NCBI GenBank assembly: GCA_021162685.1
Contig: JAGGYF010000037.1
Coordinates: 1-11,785 of the forward strand
Direction: 5' to 3'
From: Candidatus Iainarchaeum sp.
Lineage (GTDB): Archaea > B1Sed10-29 > WALL01
Length of the DNA: 11,785 bases
Made by a program: the position numbers and the translations under genes. The notes under the pieces are model-generated. The model was not told the DNA's origin. It was given only the letters and a program-made list of their open reading frames with translations, and did no database searches. Shown piece by piece: positions 8,398 through 11,785 of the stretch. Each line of letters opens with the position of its first letter. Position 1 is the stretch's first letter.

Positions 8398-9067
8398 AAC
8401 TGTGCCTCCTTACAGTATCCCATACCTTTCTCCAATTTTTTGATGTGCATACTATCTTCCCATCTAACATTACATGGGTCATATCCGGTTTCATTTTTGA
8501 TAGGATTTCTGGTCTGTGGGTTATTACAAGTGCGGACGCATGTGTTTTTTCCAATTCCTCTCTCATAAGTTGAACTACCCTATCTAGTTTATTTATGTCA
8601 AGCCCGGAATCAATCTCATCAAAAATAACGAGTTTTGGCTTAAGGGAGAACACTTGTATTATTTCTGATATCTTTTTTTCTCCACCGGAGAATCCAACAT
8701 TTAATTCCCTCTGCATCAAACGTGATATAATTGGATCATCATAATCAAACGTCCCTTTGGAGATGCGCTTCATAAATTCTGAAAGGGTTACGCCTTTTAC
8801 CTCCGGTGGATTCTGGAAAGTCATTGCTATCCCAAGCTTTGCTCTCTTCTCAGGAGGAAGCAATGATACATCCTTCTTGTTGAATAATATCTTTCCATGT
8901 GTTATTTTGTACTTTGGAATACCCATTATGGTATATGCAAGGGTTGATTTTCCAGAACCGTTTGGTCCAATAAGTGCATGGGTCTTAGCCTTTGGAATGG
9001 ATAGATTTAAATCGCGAAGAATGGGCTTCCCACCCACCGATACACTCAATGCTTTTATCTTAAGCGT
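8354..9067 (-). CDS. sufC: SufC-like Fe-S assembly ABC ATPase (SmsC-like); start uncertain (ACG 9067 proposed, TTG 9049 in ORF track)
   Basis: GPNGSGKST, FQNPPE, GFSGGEKK, FDEIDSGLD and ITH motifs, plus a C-terminal CKEC. The in-frame upstream sequence reads TLKIKALSVSVGGK. Confidence 0.9.
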   Translation of the reverse strand, partial: TLKIKALSVSVGGKPILRDLNLSIPKAKTHALIGPNGSGKSTLAYTIMGIPKYKITHGKILFNKKDVSLLPPEKRAKLGIAMTFQNPPEVKGVTLSEFMKRISKGTFDYDDPIISRLMQRELNVGFSGGEKKISEIIQVFSLKPKLVIFDEIDSGLDINKLDRVVQLMREELEKTHASALVITHRPEILSKMKPDMTHVMLDGKIVCTSKNWRKVWDTVRRHSYEKCKECKLSIHKS

Positions 9068-9080
9068 TTCTATCCCCCAT

Positions 9081-9116
9081 AAAAAGTTAGAAGAAGGAAG
9101 GAGGTTAGCCCCTCCT
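9081..9116 (-). terminator. Putative terminator after rpl12
   Basis: On the minus strand, AGGAGG-GGCTAA-CCTCCT forms a 6-bp hairpin followed by the pyrimidine tract TCCTTCTTCTAACTTTTT. Confidence 0.5.
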
Positions 9117-9127
9117 CTGGGCGCTGT

Positions 9128-9436
9128 CTAACCGAATAATGCTCCAAGTCCTGCTGCAGCTTCTTCCTCTGTCTTTCCTTTTTCCTCTTCTTTCTTCTCC
9201 TCTTTCTTCTCTTCCTTTGGTGCCTCTCCCGCAGGCGCTGGTGCTGGTGCTGCTGCTGTAACTGCTGCCTTTGATATTGCCTCTTCAATGTCCACTCCGT
9301 CCAGAGATGCCACAAGTGCTTTTACCTTTGCATCATCTACCTTTATGTCCGCTGCTTCTAGCACCTTCTTGACGTTCTCTTCATTTATCTCCTTTCCTGC
9401 TGCATGCAGTAAAAGTGCTGTGTATACGTATTCCAT
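9128..9436 (-). CDS. rpl12: 50S ribosomal stalk protein P1 (aL12)
   Basis: [12 protein letters not shown]-terminus, Ala/Pro hinge, charged tract and GLGALFG C-terminus. The ATG at 9436 has AGGTGA 5 nt upstream. Confidence 0.97.
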   Translation of the reverse strand: MEYVYTALLLHAAGKEINEENVKKVLEAADIKVDDAKVKALVASLDGVDIEEAISKAAVTAAAPAPAPAGEAPKEEKKEEKKEEEKGKTEEEAAAGLGALFG

Positions 9437-9445
9437 TTCATTCAC

Positions 9446-10291
9446 CTAGTTTTCTTTAATATGAGACGCAAGCACACTGGCTTGCGCTTGAGCTTTTGTT
9501 AAAAGCTCTTCTATCACCCTCTTGTCCAGGATAACAGCGTTTATTCCAAGGTTTAATGCATCCTTGAATGCCTTTGCGATCAAATGCGGTATGGAGGTGT
9601 GTGTGGGGTATGCGCAATTTACGCTCAGATTCAAGGCATTCATATATGCATTCTGTATGTTCTGTATTGTCTCCTCTTCGCTGATATCCAGAACTTGAGG
9701 AGTGAATATGACGCCAGCATCTAAAACAGCGTTTACATCTAAACCAATTTCAAACGGCTTTACACCAAGCTTGTTTAGGGCATTCGCAACCTCTGGTGTT
9801 ATTATGTCTCCCTCTTTTGCAACAACAGAGTCTTTCATCACCTTTATGGAGCCACCATCTATTCTTGCGTTGATACCAGCTGCTTTTAGATCACCAAGTG
9901 CAGGCCCTGGCGGCAAACCCGTATCTCCAGCAGGTACAATAATATCAAATGGTGCAATTTGGCCTGCTTTTGCAGCTGCCTTTGACCTGTTCTTCTTCAA
10001 TGTCTTGAATAATCTGAATGCATCCATCTCAGTAAAAATCACTGCAATTGGGCCATCAAGGTATTTCTCAAGTTGTTTTACTTCCTCCTTGCCGCTGTTC
10101 TCCATTGCAATACGTAGCAGGTTAAGTTTCACGACCTTTATAACGGCTTTTTCTCTTAACTTTGCCCTTATCTCTTGGAACTGAGATGCTGGCAAACCCT
10201 TAATACTTGATATTGCTATTACTGGATACTTCTGTATGAGTTCCTCAAGTTCCTTCACAGCTTTTTTCTTCCACTCTGCTACGTGTGCCAT
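9446..10291 (-). CDS. rpl10: 50S ribosomal protein uL10 (P0), short form without acidic tail
   Basis: MAHVAEWKK N-terminus, domain II (AKAGQIAPFDIIVPAGDTGLPPGP) and P1-binding helical region. Canonical position between rpl1 and rpl12. Confidence 0.96.
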   Translation of the reverse strand: MAHVAEWKKKAVKELEELIQKYPVIAISSIKGLPASQFQEIRAKLREKAVIKVVKLNLLRIAMENSGKEEVKQLEKYLDGPIAVIFTEMDAFRLFKTLKKNRSKAAAKAGQIAPFDIIVPAGDTGLPPGPALGDLKAAGINARIDGGSIKVMKDSVVAKEGDIITPEVANALNKLGVKPFEIGLDVNAVLDAGVIFTPQVLDISEEETIQNIQNAYMNALNLSVNCAYPTHTSIPHLIAKAFKDALNLGINAVILDKRVIEELLTKAQAQASVLASHIKEN

Positions 10292-10301
10292 TCACAACAC
10301 C

Positions 10302-10940
10302 TTACATCTCCACTTTTACTGATGGTCCCATTGTGGTCTTTACAAAAATGCTCTTTATGTTTCCTTCCTTATCTGGGAGTTTGTCCTTTACTGCATTTAT
10401 AACTGCCATTGCATTCTCCACAAGGTCATCTACTGGCATTACCTCTGTGCCGATAGGAGCATGTATGACAGGAAGGTATTTTCCTTTTGTTCGTATGATG
10501 ATTGTCTTTTTTAACCGCTCTACAATTGGTTTTATGTTTGCACCTGGTGGAACTGGCTTTGGCATCTTTCCTCTAGGACCTAAAACCTGACCAAACAACT
10601 TACCAATCTGGGGCATAAGTGGTGCTTCTGCTATGAAGAAATCAAACTCATTAGCAATCTTCTTCAACTTCTTCTTGTTCTTCCCGTATTCCTCAATTTC
10701 GTTGGCTTTTATTATTTTATCAACAACACCCTTTGCATTTGATGCCAGTTCATCTCCACATATGACACAGATCTTTACCTCTTTTCCCTTTCCTTTTGGT
10801 AGAACGACCTCCATGTTTAATCTGTTCTCTGGTTTTGTAAAGTCAATATTCCTAAAATTAATAGCAAGGTCTACTGTTTGTGTAAATTTCCTCTTCGGTG
10901 ATGCGGTCTTTGCCTTTTCAATTGCTTCTTTCAGTTTCAT
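10302..10940 (-). CDS. rpl1: 50S ribosomal protein uL1
   Basis: RKFTQTVDLAINF, LGPRGKMP and VKTTMGP motifs. The ATG at 10940 has GGAGGG 5 nt upstream. Confidence 0.97.
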   Translation of the reverse strand: MKLKEAIEKAKTASPKRKFTQTVDLAINFRNIDFTKPENRLNMEVVLPKGKGKEVKICVICGDELASNAKGVVDKIIKANEIEEYGKNKKKLKKIANEFDFFIAEAPLMPQIGKLFGQVLGPRGKMPKPVPPGANIKPIVERLKKTIIIRTKGKYLPVIHAPIGTEVMPVDDLVENAMAVINAVKDKLPDKEGNIKSIFVKTTMGPSVKVEM

Positions 10941-10974
10941 CAAATCCCTCCTGTTCGTCTGAACAGTAATTGGG

Positions 10975-11589
10975 CTACTTCTTCTCTTCTGGCTTCTTCT
11001 CCTCCTTCTTCTCTTCCTCTTTTGGTGCTTCCTTCCTCTTTATCGTTGATTGGAGCTCCTTCTTTCTTGCCTCAATCTTTTCTTTTGGCCAGAATTGTAG
11101 CTCAACCTTTCCAAGTATTTTATCATCATAAATGCCTTGGTCCACTTCCTTCTGAACCTCTCTTGGGTCTTTGCCTTCAACTAAAACGCCCAGTGAGTAG
11201 CAGGTCCCCAAAACCTCCTTGACAGCTGCTCTGTCTGTGCTTGCAAGCATGGACTCCTTCTTCATCCTTGCGATCTTTATTACTCTATCTATATCCATGT
11301 CTGCAACCTTCTCTACCTTTGGCCTTGCAGACCCTTTCTCCAAACCAAGTTCCTTTTTTATTAGCGCGCTGACTGGAGGAGAACCAACCTCTACTCTAAA
11401 CTCTTTTGTAGCAGAATCAACAATAATCTTCACAGGTACCTTCATCCCAGCGAAGTCCTTTGTTTTATTATTTATCTCTGAAATTACCTTTCCTATGTTT
11501 ACCCCTAATGGGCCTAGCGCAGGTCCTAATGGGGGACCAGCACTGGCGCTTCCTCCGTCCACGAGTGCCTCTACAATGGTTTCTGGCAT
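10975..11589 (-). CDS. rpl11: 50S ribosomal protein uL11 with C-terminal charged extension
   Basis: [18 protein letters not shown] and [12 protein letters not shown] motifs. The ATG at 11589 has AGGTGA 5 nt upstream (the track GTG at 11598 is part of that RBS). Confidence 0.96.
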   Translation of the reverse strand: MPETIVEALVDGGSASAGPPLGPALGPLGVNIGKVISEINNKTKDFAGMKVPVKIIVDSATKEFRVEVGSPPVSALIKKELGLEKGSARPKVEKVADMDIDRVIKIARMKKESMLASTDRAAVKEVLGTCYSLGVLVEGKDPREVQKEVDQGIYDDKILGKVELQFWPKEKIEARKKELQSTIKRKEAPKEEEKKEEKKPEEKK

Positions 11590-11660
11590 ATAGTTCACCT
11601 ACTACTTAGCTCAGAAGCTACTAGAATAAGTGCGTAACCCTATTGTTTTAGACAGGGTTG

Positions 11661-11677
11661 TTTATAAAGGTATCGGT
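11661..11677 (-). promoter_or_regulatory. Putative BRE-TATA promoter of the rpl11 operon
   Basis: Minus strand reads ACCGATACC-TTTATAAA, about 70 nt upstream of the rpl11 ATG. Confidence 0.65.
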
Positions 11678-11757
11678 CACTTTGGCTTTGCGTCAAAAAT
11701 AACTCCACTGTTGATTAGCTGCCATTAAGGCAGCAGTTTACCCCTTTTGACTTCCCA

Positions 11758-11774
11758 ACCGATACATTTATATA
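11758..11774 (+). promoter_or_regulatory. Putative BRE-TATA promoter for a divergent gene beyond the window
   Basis: Plus strand reads ACCGATACA-TTTATATA, nearly identical to the rpl11 promoter on the other strand. Confidence 0.5.
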
Positions 11775-11785
11775 CTACATATATA

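Noticed and set aside
9160-9270. GAA/AAG and GCA-CCA microrepeats
   Set aside because: These encode the ordinary P1 hinge and are not an independent repeat element.
10870-10930. Methanococcus-type L1 autoregulatory site within the 5' end of rpl1
   Set aside because: The two helices needed for the 23S-rRNA-mimic motif cannot be formed convincingly.
6099-11593. Plus-strand and alternative-frame ORFs overlapping the minus-strand genes (e.g. 6891-7406, 9070-9315, 9702-10184)
   Set aside because: They overlap well-supported conserved genes, and their composition is explained by the real frame.
11700-11750. TCCACTG and CCCCTTTT as an ORB replication-origin box
   Set aside because: The half-site and G-string are in the wrong order and spacing, there is one copy only, and no cdc6/orc1 is in the window.
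1-11785. CRISPR array, transposase/integrase, rRNA or intein
   Set aside because: No regularly spaced direct repeats, recombinase motifs or unexplained in-frame insertions were seen.

Overview
Archaeal chromosomal window (archaeal-type rpl11-rpl1-rpl10/P0-rpl12/P1 cluster, BRE/TATA promoters, GGTGA/GGAGG ribosome-binding sites). A DPANN-like lineage is plausible but cannot be proven from the sequence. Left part (+ strand): 3' end of an MBL-fold hydrolase, a small membrane ORF and a ZIP metal transporter, then a ~125-bp highly structured spacer with attC-like AAC...GTT ends, then smc and a threonine-synthase-like gene. Right part (- strand): the ribosomal stalk operon, a minimal SufC/SufB-like (SmsCB) Fe-S pair and a divergent COG2403 (ArcE/cDPGS-like) P-loop enzyme. 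Most notable: the attC-like element, substitutions in the ArcE homologue, a probable ACG start or damaged start for smsC, a tail-less P0 next to a tail-extended L11, and mirror-image divergent promoters at the right end. All family calls come from motif recognition, not database searches.
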